The notes: generated by a model from the sequence alone, not told the origin. Positions 35,519 to 46,135 are shown, counted from the stretch's first letter. The stretch is DNA of 64,000 bases from Acidobacteriota bacterium (GCA_965248695.1 CBDFKD010000002.1:3808001-3872000); one strand, 5' to 3'. Made by a program: numbers and translations.

Positions 35519-36766
35519 TCAGGGGGTGCACCGGTTGGCCTTGGAGCCCGTCAGGCTCTCCCAGCGCTCCACGGCGACATCGCAGTAGCCGGGGTCGATC
35601 TCGATGGCGAAACAGCGGCGCTCCAGCTGCTCGGCGGCGATGAGCGTGGTACCCGAGCCCACGAACGGGTCATAGACCCCATCGCCGACCTTGCCGTGGT
35701 TGCGCATCGGACGGCCCATGCACTCAAGCGGCTTTTGCGTCGAGTGGTCCGTCTTGCCTTCGGAGGCTCGTAGCTGGTTGGAGATGCGCCAGAGCGTGCT
35801 TTGGCACCGGTCTCCGCTCCAGCGCGCGCTCCGGCCGCGGCGCACCGCGTACCAGGCCGGCTCATGAGCCCATTGATAGTGACCACGTGAGATCACGCCC
35901 TGCGGCTTGGCCCATATGATCTGGGCACGAGGCCCCAACCGCGCCGCCGCTAACCCTTCGAGCACGACCGCACCGAACAAGGATGCGTGCCATACGTAGG
36001 CGACATCGCCGGTAAAGTGGGTGAACGCCTCTCGCCAGTCGGCGCAATCGTCGTTGCGTACAATCCCGGACCGCCGGCCCGCATGTTTTTCTCCCAAATC
36101 ACGTTCGCGCCATTCCGGCTCGTACTCCACGCCGTAGGGCGGATCGGTGATCATGAGCAACGGGACATGATCGCCGAGCAGCGCGGCGACGACACCAGGA
36201 TCCTGCGCGTCGCCACAGATAAGCCGGTGATCCCCCAGTGTCCATACGTCCCCGGGCTTGGTCACCGGGTTGGCTGGTGGCTCTGGCACCTCGTCATCTT
36301 GCAGTTCGATGGGCTCCGGTCCCATGTCGAGCGTTTCCAGCAGATCATCGAATCGGAGCGCATCGGTCAGCTCCGGCAACTCCTCTTGGGCCAGCGCCAC
36401 CAGGTCGGGTAGATCGTCCGTGAAGATGCCTGCGAGCAGGGGCGAGTTGGCGGCGATGTTCGCGGCGCGCTCCGTCTCCTCGTCCCAGTTCACGACGCGC
36501 AACCGGAACCGCTCGGAGCCCACGTGTAGGTACGCTTCCTTGCCGGCGTGACGGATGCGCGCTGACTCGCCGTGCTGTTCGCGTAGCACACGCACGCGCT
36601 GGTGGCCCGTAACGAGGTGCCCGGTGCGCTCGTTGAAGGTGATACCTGAGAGGTCGCCGAAGGTACCCAGCGATGCCTTCAGCGCCTCCAGCGAGGGGGC
36701 ATCGATAGTGCGCGGGTTGTAGGGCGCCGGCTGCAGATCCTCGATCCGGCGGGGCGTTGGAGTCAT
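35519..36766 (-). CDS. ParB-like domain / N6-adenine DNA methyltransferase fusion
   Basis: PAPYNPRTI, GHQR, GDVWTLGDHRLICGD, TDPPYG, HSTQKP, DPFVGSGTT. Confidence 0.92.
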   Translation of the reverse strand: MTPTPRRIEDLQPAPYNPRTIDAPSLEALKASLGTFGDLSGITFNERTGHLVTGHQRVRVLREQHGESARIRHAGKEAYLHVGSERFRLRVVNWDEETERAANIAANSPLLAGIFTDDLPDLVALAQEELPELTDALRFDDLLETLDMGPEPIELQDDEVPEPPANPVTKPGDVWTLGDHRLICGDAQDPGVVAALLGDHVPLLMITDPPYGVEYEPEWRERDLGEKHAGRRSGIVRNDDCADWREAFTHFTGDVAYVWHASLFGAVVLEGLAAARLGPRAQIIWAKPQGVISRGHYQWAHEPAWYAVRRGRSARWSGDRCQSTLWRISNQLRASEGKTDHSTQKPLECMGRPMRNHGKVGDGVYDPFVGSGTTLIAAEQLERRCFAIEIDPGYCDVAVERWESLTGSKANRCTP

Positions 36767-37086
36767 GCCGCTGCCTCCAGGAGCCCTCGATGACGCAGTT
36801 GTTCGGTGAGCGCCACCGGGTCAGCACCGATGTACTGACACCACCAGCCCAGCGAGCAGGGGCGCAACTCCTCCGGGTGCGACAACCACGCAACCAGGTC
36901 TGATTCGGGGCCGATCTCCCGTAGCCTCTTGCACGTGCAAGCGGGCCGCTCGGTTCGATCACGCCACGTTGCCACCATGCCCAGGTCGACAATCGCCCGA
37001 CGGATCACCGCAGCGGCAAGTGCGCGCTCCGGGGCGATGTCCACGCCTTCAACGTCGGGGATCGCGGGGGACTCGAAGCTGATCAT
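36763..37086 (-). CDS. Phage hypothetical protein
   Basis: ATGA overlaps with both neighbours; PERALAAAVIRRAIVDL..SLGWWCQYIG. Confidence 0.7.
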   Translation of the reverse strand: MISFESPAIPDVEGVDIAPERALAAAVIRRAIVDLGMVATWRDRTERPACTCKRLREIGPESDLVAWLSHPEELRPCSLGWWCQYIGADPVALTEQLRHRGLLEAAA

Positions 37087-38126
37087 GCCGCTAGCTCCAG
37101 GAGCATCGGGTCCTCGCGGTTCAGCAGCGGCGCGTCATCTCCGATCCTGCGGCGAGCCATCTGTACGTACTCGGGATTGAGCTCGATGCCCACGAAACGG
37201 CGGTCGGCGCGGAGCGCAACGACGCCCGTGGTGCCGGAGCCGCAGAAGGGGTCGAGCACGACACCGCCTTCGGGGCAGCCGGCCAGCACACATGGCTCCA
37301 CGAGCTTGGTCGGGAAGGTGGCGAAGTGCGCTTCGGGAAACGCATCTTTGCCGCTATTCGAGATGGTCCAGACCGAGCGCAGGTTCGCACCTTGCTTGAC
37401 TTTGCCGCCGCGGTGACAAGGGCGCTGCGGCCTAGCAGTCGGATTGGCCCCGTGATAGTTCGGCGAATTTGCCCACCCAGAGATGTTGGATTTTCGCCAC
37501 CTGCCATCAACCAAATCGCTCCGCGTCTCCGGGCGATATAGCGTTCGAACCGCGTCAGCGTCGTAGTAGTACCGAGCGGACTTCGACAGCAGGAAGACGT
37601 ACTCGTGGGCCTTTGTGGGCCGATCGGTGACCGACTCGGGCATCGGGTTCGGCTTTGCCCAGAGGATGTCCGAGCGCAGCCACCAGCCATCCGCTTGCAG
37701 CGCGAAGGCGATGCGCCAGGGCATGCCGATCAAGTCCTTCGGCTTGAGCCCCGGTGTGCGCTCCATGCTTCCAGTGAGGTTCCTGATCTGCGCTGCCTTC
37801 ACTTGGTTCGCGCTCAGAGCGGAGACATTCGGCGCGTGCTTGCCAGCGTGCTCTCGTGATTGGGCACCACACGAGCCCGCATAGCAGTCCCCCATGTTGA
37901 GCCACAGCGTGCCGTCGCTCCGCAGCACTCGGCGGACCTCTCGGAACATCGCCACCATCTTGGCGACGTACTCGTCGAGTGTTGCTTCGAGCCCGACCTG
38001 GCCGTCAGTCCCGTAGTCACGGAGCCCCCAGTAGGGCGGCGAGGTCACGACGCAGTGGACCGACTCGTCCGGTAGCTGGGCGAGGCCCTCCAGCACGTCG
38101 GCACAGATCAGCCGGAAGTGCCTCAT
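37083..38126 (-). CDS. Site-specific DNA methyltransferase (beta class, SPPY; probably N4-cytosine)
   Basis: VTSPPYWGLRDY, KPKDLIGMPWR, WAKPNPMPESV, HFATFP, DPFCGSGTT; start MRHFRLIC at 38126. Confidence 0.93.
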   Translation of the reverse strand: MRHFRLICADVLEGLAQLPDESVHCVVTSPPYWGLRDYGTDGQVGLEATLDEYVAKMVAMFREVRRVLRSDGTLWLNMGDCYAGSCGAQSREHAGKHAPNVSALSANQVKAAQIRNLTGSMERTPGLKPKDLIGMPWRIAFALQADGWWLRSDILWAKPNPMPESVTDRPTKAHEYVFLLSKSARYYYDADAVRTLYRPETRSDLVDGRWRKSNISGWANSPNYHGANPTARPQRPCHRGGKVKQGANLRSVWTISNSGKDAFPEAHFATFPTKLVEPCVLAGCPEGGVVLDPFCGSGTTGVVALRADRRFVGIELNPEYVQMARRRIGDDAPLLNREDPMLLELAA

Positions 38127-38275
38127 GCGATGCGCTCTAGGGCCAGCAGCTCGTCGAGACGATCCTCGACCTCTGCCCGTGTGATCTCCGGGTTTCCCTC
38201 GTAGCTGGCCGCGTAGTACCCGGCCACGTAGGGCTTGAACCACTCGGCGTGCTCGAAGATGTACGGGCGCTCCAT
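38123..38275 (-). CDS. Small phage hypothetical protein
   Basis: GGAGG RBS; MERPYIFEHAEWFKPY...; stop overlaps the methylase ATG. Confidence 0.55.
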   Translation of the reverse strand: MERPYIFEHAEWFKPYVAGYYAASYEGNPEITRAEVEDRLDELLALERIA

Positions 38276-38439
38276 CACGACGCTGCTTCCTCCAGGAGCC
38301 GCGCTAGCGCCTCCTCTAGCTCCTCGCCGCTCACAAGTTGAGAGGGGTCTTCTTCGATGGCCGCCAATTGCTCGCGGGCGATCTCGGCATCTCTCCATTC
38401 CTTCCTCGTTGCCTCGCTTCACGATGCCCTCCCGAGCCA

Positions 38440-38542
38440 GAGCCCGAAATCGGCTGGTACCGATTTGGTACCGTTTTCAACCCTCAAAGGGGGGTCTAGA
38501 GGGGTCTAAACTCCCTGTAAGTCGTTGAATCTACGTGGAGCG
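38440..38542. other. att-like end of the prophage remnant
   Basis: TGGTACCGATT-TGGTACCGTTT (38455..38476), GGGGTCTA x2 (38491..38508), TAAGTCGTTGAATCTA, then the junction to a truncated gene. Confidence 0.6.
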
Positions 38543-39070
38543 TTGATGACCGTGATCACAGTCGCGAAGCTAGCGCCGGACGCTTATATCTGCGCCGAGC
38601 TGCTGGATCCGAAGTACCAGCAGCAGCTCGAGGCTGCCGGAGCCGACGAGATGATTCTCACGCAGCACAACTCCCGCGTCCTGCTGGCGAACGCGGCGGT
38701 CGGGACCGGGATCTCGGGGATTTTCTACGCGCTCATGACGGGAGAGTCCGGCGGCGGCCTGGTCACGGAGTCGTTCTCGTCGGAGTTCGTCGGGCGTCCG
38801 TTCCATCAGCTACGCCAGCATTACGTGGACACCGACGGATCACTTCTGGTGGGTCTCGTCGAGAACACCGGCAACGTGCAAAAGCGTAAGCACGAGGCGC
38901 TGCGGGAAGCTCAGCGGACGCCAGATATCTCCCAGCTGGTGGAGAACCTCCGCCAGGTCAAGAACGTGGAGCCTCACGTGCCGGTGCTGAATCCGGCGGA
39001 CGACTACATGGTGCCCCGACACAGTCTGGCGATCCTGATCCAGAGCGCTTCTTCACCGAACCGGTCATGA
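38543..39070 (+). pseudogene. 3' part of potassium channel / TrkA (RCK) domain protein
   Basis: LMTVITV..AYICAELLDP..LEAAGADEMI..LNPADDY; TM segments and first half of the RCK domain absent. Confidence 0.75.
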
Positions 39071-39083
39071 CAGCGGAGCGCGT

Positions 39084-39614
39084 ATGAACATCCCGCAGTC
39101 CGACGTCGCCGGCTGCATCCGGTCGTCGGAGCTCTTCAACTTCCTGAGCAGTGACGAGGGCGCCGTGGCGTTTCTTTCCGAGTGCTTTCGGGGAGTCAGT
39201 CACGCCGCGGGCGGCGTGATTCTCAGCGAGGGCGACGAGGGCGACTCGATGCTGATGTTGTTGAGCGGCACGGTGCGGATCGATACCAAGACGCCCGCGG
39301 GCGAGCAGTACACCGTCGCTACGCTGACCGAGGAGCAAGCGTGCTTCGGCGAGCTGGCGTTGTTCGATTCCCAGCTACGTTCGGCGACCGCGCTGGCCGA
39401 CACCGATTGCCAGCTGCTGGAGCTGGACCGGGATGCGTTCGAGCGCTTTGCCGACGCCTTCCCGGAACACGCGGTGGTCGTCTATCGCCGCCTCGGCAAG
39501 ATCGTGTCGCAGCGGCTTCGCCAGGCCAGCAAGGACATCGGGGTGTTGTTTCAGGCGTTGGTTCAAGAGGTCGAGGAAGCCAGCCTCGGGGCTCGCGGGG
39601 CGGGCACCCGGTAG
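39084..39614 (+). CDS. Cyclic nucleotide-binding domain protein
   Basis: ILSEGDEGDSM..SGTVRI..FGELALFDSQLRSATA. Confidence 0.9.
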   Translation: MNIPQSDVAGCIRSSELFNFLSSDEGAVAFLSECFRGVSHAAGGVILSEGDEGDSMLMLLSGTVRIDTKTPAGEQYTVATLTEEQACFGELALFDSQLRSATALADTDCQLLELDRDAFERFADAFPEHAVVVYRRLGKIVSQRLRQASKDIGVLFQALVQEVEEASLGARGAGTR

Positions 39615-39638
39615 TCGCAGTCGAGGACAGGGTGGGAG

Positions 39639-40631
39639 GTGCGGAAGGTGTCGCACGATACAGGGACGTGGAAGCGCGCAGGACGTCTAGCTTGCCTGCT
39701 TGCTCTGACCGCGGCCGGCGCGCCTGGCGACGCTGACTCGGCGGCGACAAGCGGCGGCTCGACCACCGAGGAGCGGCCGGGAGCAGGTCACGGCCACCGG
39801 CTCGACCGCGTGCCGCGATGGCTGGTGATCACCGCGATGCAATCGGAGCTGGACCCGTTTCTCGCGGTTGCCGACATCGATGCCGAGCGTGTCATCAGCG
39901 GGCGAACCTACTACTCCGGTCGGCTCGCCGGGGTCGAGACGGTCCTGCTTGCCGGCGGCGTCAGCATGGTCAATGCGGCGATGAGCGCCCAGGAGGCGAT
40001 CCATCACTACACGCTCCGGGGCATCCTGATGGCGGGCATTGCCGGTGGCGTGCGGCCTGAGATCGCGATCGGGTCGGTCACCGTCCCGGCGCAGTGGGCT
40101 GAGTATCAGGAGCACGCCTTCACGGAGGATCCGGAGCAGGGTCGGCGCCGTGGCCTCGGGAACTTCGGGATGATGTATCCGGGAAAGGTGCGGGTGACGC
40201 GTGAGCGCGGTCCGGCGGATGTCGCGGAGCCCATGTTGTGGTTCCCGGCCGACGATCGCCTACTGGCCGCCGCGCGCCGCGCGATGACCGCTGCTCCGGA
40301 GCTAGAGCGATGTAATCGAGACGACGAGTGCGTCGAAGCGGCTCCGTGGACCGTGATCGGTGGCAACGGGGTGAGCGGACCGACGTTCGTCGATCACGCT
40401 GCGTATCGCGATTTCATCTGGGCGACCTTCGAGCCCGACGTACTGGACATGGAGAGCGCCGCGGTAGCGCACGTGGCCTACTCCAACGAGCTGCCGTATC
40501 TGGCCATCCGGAGCCTTTCTGACCTCGCCGGCGGTGGCTATGGATCGAATCGCATGAGGAGCTTCGGTCGGCTGGCGGCGCGTAACGCGGCGGCGGTCAC
40601 AATCGCCGTGCTGTCGCAGCTAGCCGACTAG
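39639..40631 (+). CDS. 5'-methylthioadenosine/S-adenosylhomocysteine nucleosidase family protein
   Basis: TAMQSE, GVSMVNAA, GIAGG, VSGPTFVD, LDMESAAVAHV, IRSLSDLAGG. Confidence 0.88.
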   Translation: MRKVSHDTGTWKRAGRLACLLALTAAGAPGDADSAATSGGSTTEERPGAGHGHRLDRVPRWLVITAMQSELDPFLAVADIDAERVISGRTYYSGRLAGVETVLLAGGVSMVNAAMSAQEAIHHYTLRGILMAGIAGGVRPEIAIGSVTVPAQWAEYQEHAFTEDPEQGRRRGLGNFGMMYPGKVRVTRERGPADVAEPMLWFPADDRLLAAARRAMTAAPELERCNRDDECVEAAPWTVIGGNGVSGPTFVDHAAYRDFIWATFEPDVLDMESAAVAHVAYSNELPYLAIRSLSDLAGGGYGSNRMRSFGRLAARNAAAVTIAVLSQLAD

Positions 40632-43606
40632 TGGCCTGAGCCGGCCCCTGCCTCCTCGGTTTCCTCTGTCGAGCGCAGCGCTTCCAGCGCTTTCTGGATC
40701 TCGTCGGCGATGGCGCGAGCACGGTCTTCGAGGTGGTCCTCCATGTCCAGATAGGGGACTCCCTCCTCCAACCACGCAGGCATTCCCAGGTCACGTAGGT
40801 AGTGATCGAAGAACTCGTGCATGCGGACGGTGTAGTCCTTGCGGTTGGCCGGCTTGCGCAGCCCGTGGTTTTCGCCGACGTACTGCAACATGACGACGTT
40901 CTTGTTCAGCCGTCGGAGCGTGTTGTAGTACTCGACCCCCTGGGTGAAATCGACCGCCCCGTCCTGGTCGTTGTGCAGGATCACCAACGGTGTGGTGACC
41001 GCGGCGGCGTGGTAGACGGGGGAGTTGCGCACATAGGCGGCCGGAACGTCCCACGGACCGCCGGTAAACCGTCCCTGGCTGCTCTCGAAGATGGCTCCGT
41101 TGCCACCGCCGCTGTTCTTGTAGACCAAGGCGTACATGCTGATCATGTTGGTCAGCGGCGCGCCCGCCACCGCGGCAGTGAACCTGTCCGTTTGAGTGAC
41201 CAGATGCGAGGTCTGGTATCCGCCCCAGGAGTGGCCGTGGAGCCCCACCGCCTCGGGATCGACGACGCCGGTCTCGATGGCCGCGTCCAGCGCCGGTAGA
41301 ACGCTCCAGACCGCCGACATTCCGGGGTCGTCCACCTCGTAGACGATGTCGGGCATCAGCACGGCGTAGCCGCGGCTGGTGTACACGGACTTGTTGAAGC
41401 CGTTGGCGGTCGGCATCCAGTAGAAGTTCGCCCGCTGCGACAGCTTCTCGTAGATGTACACCATGGTGGGGTACTTTCGGCCGGGCTCGTAGTTCGTTGG
41501 CAGGTAGAGTGCCGCCTGCAGCTTGGCGCCCTTCGTCGAGGTGTAGTCGACCAGCCGCACGCCGGCCGACCAGGCGTGGCCTGCCTGCTGTGAGTTGGAG
41601 TCGGTTACCCGCTGTCCGCCGGCGAGATCGGCGGCCGCCACCCAGGCGTCCGGTGCCTGGTCCTGTTGCTCACGGGTGTAGACGTAGACGTCGGCCTCCT
41701 CCGCCTTCATCACGGTGTTGAACCCGGCGTCGTCCCATAGCAGCATCTCGACGCCCGGGTGGCCCGGGTCGATCCGTGCGATGCCGCCCTTCTTGGTCCA
41801 TTCGCCGTATGCGCTGACGTACAACGGCTGTGACAGGTCGATGCCGTCGGCATCCGGGTCGAACCGGAACACGCGCCGGTAGCGGATCTGCTGCTCGCGC
41901 CCCGTCTGCGTCAGGTTGACGGCCTCAGATGCATCGGCCGCGATCTTCCACAGATCCCAGTTGTCGTAGAGCACCAGGTGAGCGCCGTCCGCGCTCCATC
42001 CCAGCCCGAACTGTGAGATCGGCGGCTCGACGATGTTGTGGTCGTCTTCCGTATTCCAGAACGTCGTCGGCAGGTCGGCGGTCAGATTGAGCGAGGCGCC
42101 GGTGGCCAGGTCGAGGGTCCAGAAGTTGCCTTGATCGAAGTAGAGCAGCCGGCTGCCGTCCGGTGACGCGTCGTAGATCCAGCGTTTCTTCTCCAGCGCC
42201 AGCCGACGCTCGCCGGTGAGCATGTCGACCACCCAGACGTCGACGTAGCGTTGCCCGTCGAGATTCCCGGTGCGCTCGTAGATGTCGTTGTCCAGACCAA
42301 TCGCGAATCGCTCACCCGGCGCCGGGTCAACGTCGCGCACCTCGGTGTCGGCCAGCTGGATGAAGCGCGCTTCGTCGATGCGATACGTGCTCAGGTAGCC
42401 GAAATTGCGGTCGCGCTCCTGCTGCACCTGCTGGCGCGATTGCAAGCGCCGGTCGCGCCAGTGCCAGATCACCAGGTCGGCAGTGTCGAGGTTCTCGTCG
42501 TCGGCGCTGGCGCCCGGCCCCGGTGCTGCTGCGTCGGTCACGGCGTCGTCCGGGCCGCTCGGTTCGGAGACCTCGGCGCCGTCCGAAGCGTCGTCGGTCG
42601 GCTCGACCTCGTGAATGCGGAAAACCAAGGCATCCCGGGCCTCGTTCCAGGCCGGCGCGTGGTTCGGGTTAATCGTCATCGTCTGCGGGAAGCCGTCGTC
42701 GGAGGTCGGCTCGTAGGCGATCCGAGTGGGGCTCGTCGCATCGAGGTCGGTGAAGCCGAGCACGCTGAACAGGTCGTCCTCGTGAAGCTCGCTGGCAACG
42801 CCCTTGAGCAGCGCCAGCGCATCGCCCTCTTCGGTCCAGCTCAGTTGCTTGTAGGCGGCCACCCCCGAATCGATGGGAATGACACGACCGCTGGCGATCT
42901 GGCGCAGCTGCACGCCGTTGCCGGCCCGCTCGCGGGTGTCGATGGCGGTTGCCAGCCAGGAGCCGTCGTCGTTGAAGGCGAACTCCGACACGTTGCCGAG
43001 GGTTAGCGTGACCGCGTCGCTGACTTGACGCAGCAGTAAGTCGGTGCCCTTCCACTTCTCGGTATCGCTGTCACGACTCTCTGGAGCGACGCGGTGCAGC
43101 GCCAGCCAGACGGCCTCGTTGCCGCCGAACTGGAACGACTGGATGCCCTCGAACTCGGTCATCTCCCCGGACGAGAGGTCGACCAGGCCGGCCGAGTTGC
43201 GGGGTTTCTTCTCGCTCTTGCTGGCTTCCGCCACCACCTCGTGGCCTGGACGTACCTCGTAGGCGAACCACTTGCCATCGTCCGAGAACGCCAGCTGGCT
43301 GCCGCTGCCGAAGGCTGGTTGCTCGCCGACGGCGAAGCGGTGCTCGGCGCTGCCGGCGAGGGATCGCACGACCACCTCACTGTCGCCCTCGTTAGGCTGC
43401 AGGATGTACGCTAGCCAGCTGCCGTCGGCGGAAAGCACGCGGCCGCGGATGCTCTTCCAGGCGAGGATGTCGGGAAGCTCGATGGGACGAAGATCATCCT
43501 GCCGTACCGTCGCGGATGTCGGCGGCTCGGCGCCCAGTCCGACGCCCGTGGTGGCCAGGGCACTGAGGAGGAAGGCGGCGGCGATCGCAATGCGGCGGTA
43601 AGACAT
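40628..43606 (-). CDS. S9 prolyl oligopeptidase family serine peptidase, exported
   Basis: Signal peptide, propeller, GHSWGG nucleophile, DGAVD, ENHGL. Confidence 0.93.
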   Translation of the reverse strand: MSYRRIAIAAAFLLSALATTGVGLGAEPPTSATVRQDDLRPIELPDILAWKSIRGRVLSADGSWLAYILQPNEGDSEVVVRSLAGSAEHRFAVGEQPAFGSGSQLAFSDDGKWFAYEVRPGHEVVAEASKSEKKPRNSAGLVDLSSGEMTEFEGIQSFQFGGNEAVWLALHRVAPESRDSDTEKWKGTDLLLRQVSDAVTLTLGNVSEFAFNDDGSWLATAIDTRERAGNGVQLRQIASGRVIPIDSGVAAYKQLSWTEEGDALALLKGVASELHEDDLFSVLGFTDLDATSPTRIAYEPTSDDGFPQTMTINPNHAPAWNEARDALVFRIHEVEPTDDASDGAEVSEPSGPDDAVTDAAAPGPGASADDENLDTADLVIWHWRDRRLQSRQQVQQERDRNFGYLSTYRIDEARFIQLADTEVRDVDPAPGERFAIGLDNDIYERTGNLDGQRYVDVWVVDMLTGERRLALEKKRWIYDASPDGSRLLYFDQGNFWTLDLATGASLNLTADLPTTFWNTEDDHNIVEPPISQFGLGWSADGAHLVLYDNWDLWKIAADASEAVNLTQTGREQQIRYRRVFRFDPDADGIDLSQPLYVSAYGEWTKKGGIARIDPGHPGVEMLLWDDAGFNTVMKAEEADVYVYTREQQDQAPDAWVAAADLAGGQRVTDSNSQQAGHAWSAGVRLVDYTSTKGAKLQAALYLPTNYEPGRKYPTMVYIYEKLSQRANFYWMPTANGFNKSVYTSRGYAVLMPDIVYEVDDPGMSAVWSVLPALDAAIETGVVDPEAVGLHGHSWGGYQTSHLVTQTDRFTAAVAGAPLTNMISMYALVYKNSGGGNGAIFESSQGRFTGGPWDVPAAYVRNSPVYHAAAVTTPLVILHNDQDGAVDFTQGVEYYNTLRRLNKNVVMLQYVGENHGLRKPANRKDYTVRMHEFFDHYLRDLGMPAWLEEGVPYLDMEDHLEDRARAIADEIQKALEALRSTEETEEAGAGSGH

Positions 43607-43634
43607 CAGCTAGCTCCGGATCGGCACGATCCGA

Positions 43635-45966
43635 TTATCCGGCCGTGCGTGCGTCATCGAGAATCTCGGGCGGATCGAAGGCGGTCATCTCCGGCAAGTC
43701 CCCGGAGTACAGCTCGACTTCTACCAAACAGGAATGGGCGATCGGGCCCTGGCCGAGTCGGGAGGTTCCCTTGTCGAGCGTCAGTACATTGGGATTACCG
43801 TGCTTGCAGAGGCTGCCCGGCGTCCCCGGTTCGAGCGGATCGAACCAGGCGCCAGTGCTCATCTGTACGACACCTTGGCGGACCTCATCGGTGACGGCCA
43901 CTCCTGCCAGACAGGCGCCGCGCTCGTTGAAGACGCGCACGATGTCGCCGGCTTCGATGCCCCGTCGTCGGGCATCCGTCGGGTGCAGGGCGATGGGCTC
44001 GCGCTGTCGGATCTTGGCCGCGCGGCTTTGGCTCCCATGGTCGTACTGCGAATGTAGCTTGGTCGCGGGTTGGTTGGATATCAGGTGCAATGGGAAGCGT
44101 GGTGCCACGCTTCCGAGCCACTCGACCGGCTCGATCCACGTCGCGTGCCCGCGGCAATCGTCGTAGTGGAAGTCGTCGACGGTCGACGAGTAGATCTCGA
44201 TCCGCCCACTCGGGGTGCGCAGCGGATTCGCATCTGGGTCCTCGCGGAACGCCTGCAGCATCATGACGGGCTCCGACTGGGGCTCCGTGTCGAACCACCC
44301 GTCACGCTGGAAAGTCTCGAACGTCGGCAGGTCGATGTTGCGCTCGGCCGCCTGTTTGCGCGTCGTCTCGTAGATCCAGCGGAGCCACTCGGCTGCCGTG
44401 CGTCCGTCGGTGAACTCATGCTCCACGCCCATGCAGCGCGCGACGCCGCTCAGAATCTCATAGTCATCGCGGCTGGATCCCACCGGGTCAGCCACCTGAT
44501 GCATGGCAACCAGGTAGGGATCACGTGGCGAGCTGGCGATGTCGCTGCGCTCCAGCGAGGTGGTGCACGGCAGAACGATGTCGGAGTGCTTGGCGAGCGC
44601 GTTCCAACACCATTCGTGGACGATGACGGTGTCGGGTTTGCGCCACGCCCGCAGCATGCGGTTGAGATCCTGGTGGTGATGGAACGGATTGCCGCCGGCC
44701 CAGTACACCAGGTGGATGTCGGGGTAGAGATGCTGCTCACCGTTGTAGTCGAACGGTGTGCCCGGGCGCAGCAGCATGTCGCTGATACGGGCGACGGGAA
44801 TGAAGTCGGTCACCGAGTTGGTGCCCTGTGGCAGCGCAGCACCCGGAATCCCGGTCTGGTGGTTGCCGATGCCGTTGGTAGCGCTGTAGCCGAAGCCGAT
44901 GCCGCCGCCTGGGAGACCGATCTGCCCCAGCATTGCGGCGACGCTGATCGCCGCCCAGTACGTTTGTTCGCCATGGTCCTGCCGGGTGAGCGACCAGCTC
45001 ACCGAGAGCATCGTGCGTGTGCCTGCCATACGGCGTGCGAGAGTCCGGATACTGTCGGCTGGCAGGTCACAGATAGCGGCCGCCCAGTCGGCGCTCTTGA
45101 CGACCCCGTCCGACGCGCCGGTGAGATACGGAGCCAGCTTGTCGAAGCCCTCGGTATAGCGTTCGATGAAGTCGGCGTCGTACAGCTGCTCGTCGTACAG
45201 CGTATGGGCAATGCCGAGTAGCAACGCCGTGTCGGTGCTGGGGCGCGCTGCCAGCCATTCGGCTTGGGTAAACTCCGCCAGGTCGGAGCGCACCGGGCCT
45301 ATGTTGACGAACTCGACACCCGCCTCGACAGCGGCGATCAGGCTCTCGCGCTGGATGTGACGTCCGGTTCCACCGGCGTTGACCTGACCATTTTTCAGCG
45401 GCACTCCTCCGAAGGCCACGAGCAGGCCGGTGTGCTCGACGATCGATGGCCAGGCCGTCGCACTTCCCACGAAACCCCAGAAGTCCCCCAGCACGTGCGG
45501 CACGATGACCTCGGCCCGCGGCGAAGCTGTATGTGTTCACCGAACGCGTGTAGCCGCCGATGCAGTTGAGAAATCGATGTAGCTGGCTTTGCGCATGGTG
45601 GAAGCGTCCGGCGCTCGCCCAGCCGTAGGAGCCGCCGAAAATGGCGCTGTTGCCGTAGCGCTCCCTGACGCGGTCCAGCTCATCGGCGACCAGTTGCTCT
45701 GCCCTTTCCCACGAGACCGCCACGAAGGGATCGGCGCCGCGCTGCTCGTTGTTCGACCCTGGTCCGCCCTCCAGCCAGCTTCGACGCACTGCCGGTGTCT
45801 TGATCCGCGTCGGCCCGTCCTGCACATCGATCATGCCCTGACCGATGGGAGAGGCGTCCGGGTCGCGCTCGAAACCGTGCAGCGCCGTGACCCGGCCCGC
45901 CTCCGACTCGACGCGGTACGTACCCCAGTGGGTACTGGTCAACGGCAGGTCGCTACGATCGGACAT
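43635..45966 (-). pseudogene. DMSO-reductase-family molybdoenzyme (BisC/TorZ-like) with a single frameshift
   Basis: THWG..GSYGWASAGRFHHAQ..NTYSFAA / AEVIVPHVLG..WAGGNPFHHHQD..LHSQ..GNPNVLT; one extra base near 45515. Confidence 0.85.
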
Positions 45967-46135
45967 GGAACCGTTCTCCGGGGCTCACGGAGCTCAGAGT
46001 GTAACGATGGTCGGCGTTGCCCTCCCCACAGACAGCACACAAAAGTCTTCCCCCAGCGCCACCCTTCAGCGCCGAGCAGCGGATACCGTCTGCGTTTGGC
46101 GGTGGACAGCCGCCAGACAATCCGACGGAGGAAGC

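Larger units (their letters stand above)
32551..38542 (-). mobile_element. Prophage remnant: methylases, terminase, HTH, hicB, att-like end
   Basis: Co-oriented overlapping phage genes; bounded by IS3 on the left and by an arm-type repeat region abutting a truncated host gene on the right. Confidence 0.85.

Noticed and set aside
38530-38545. tRNA gene or tRNA-derived att duplication
   Set aside because: Only 7 bp resemble a tRNA 3' end; no cloverleaf was seen anywhere in the window
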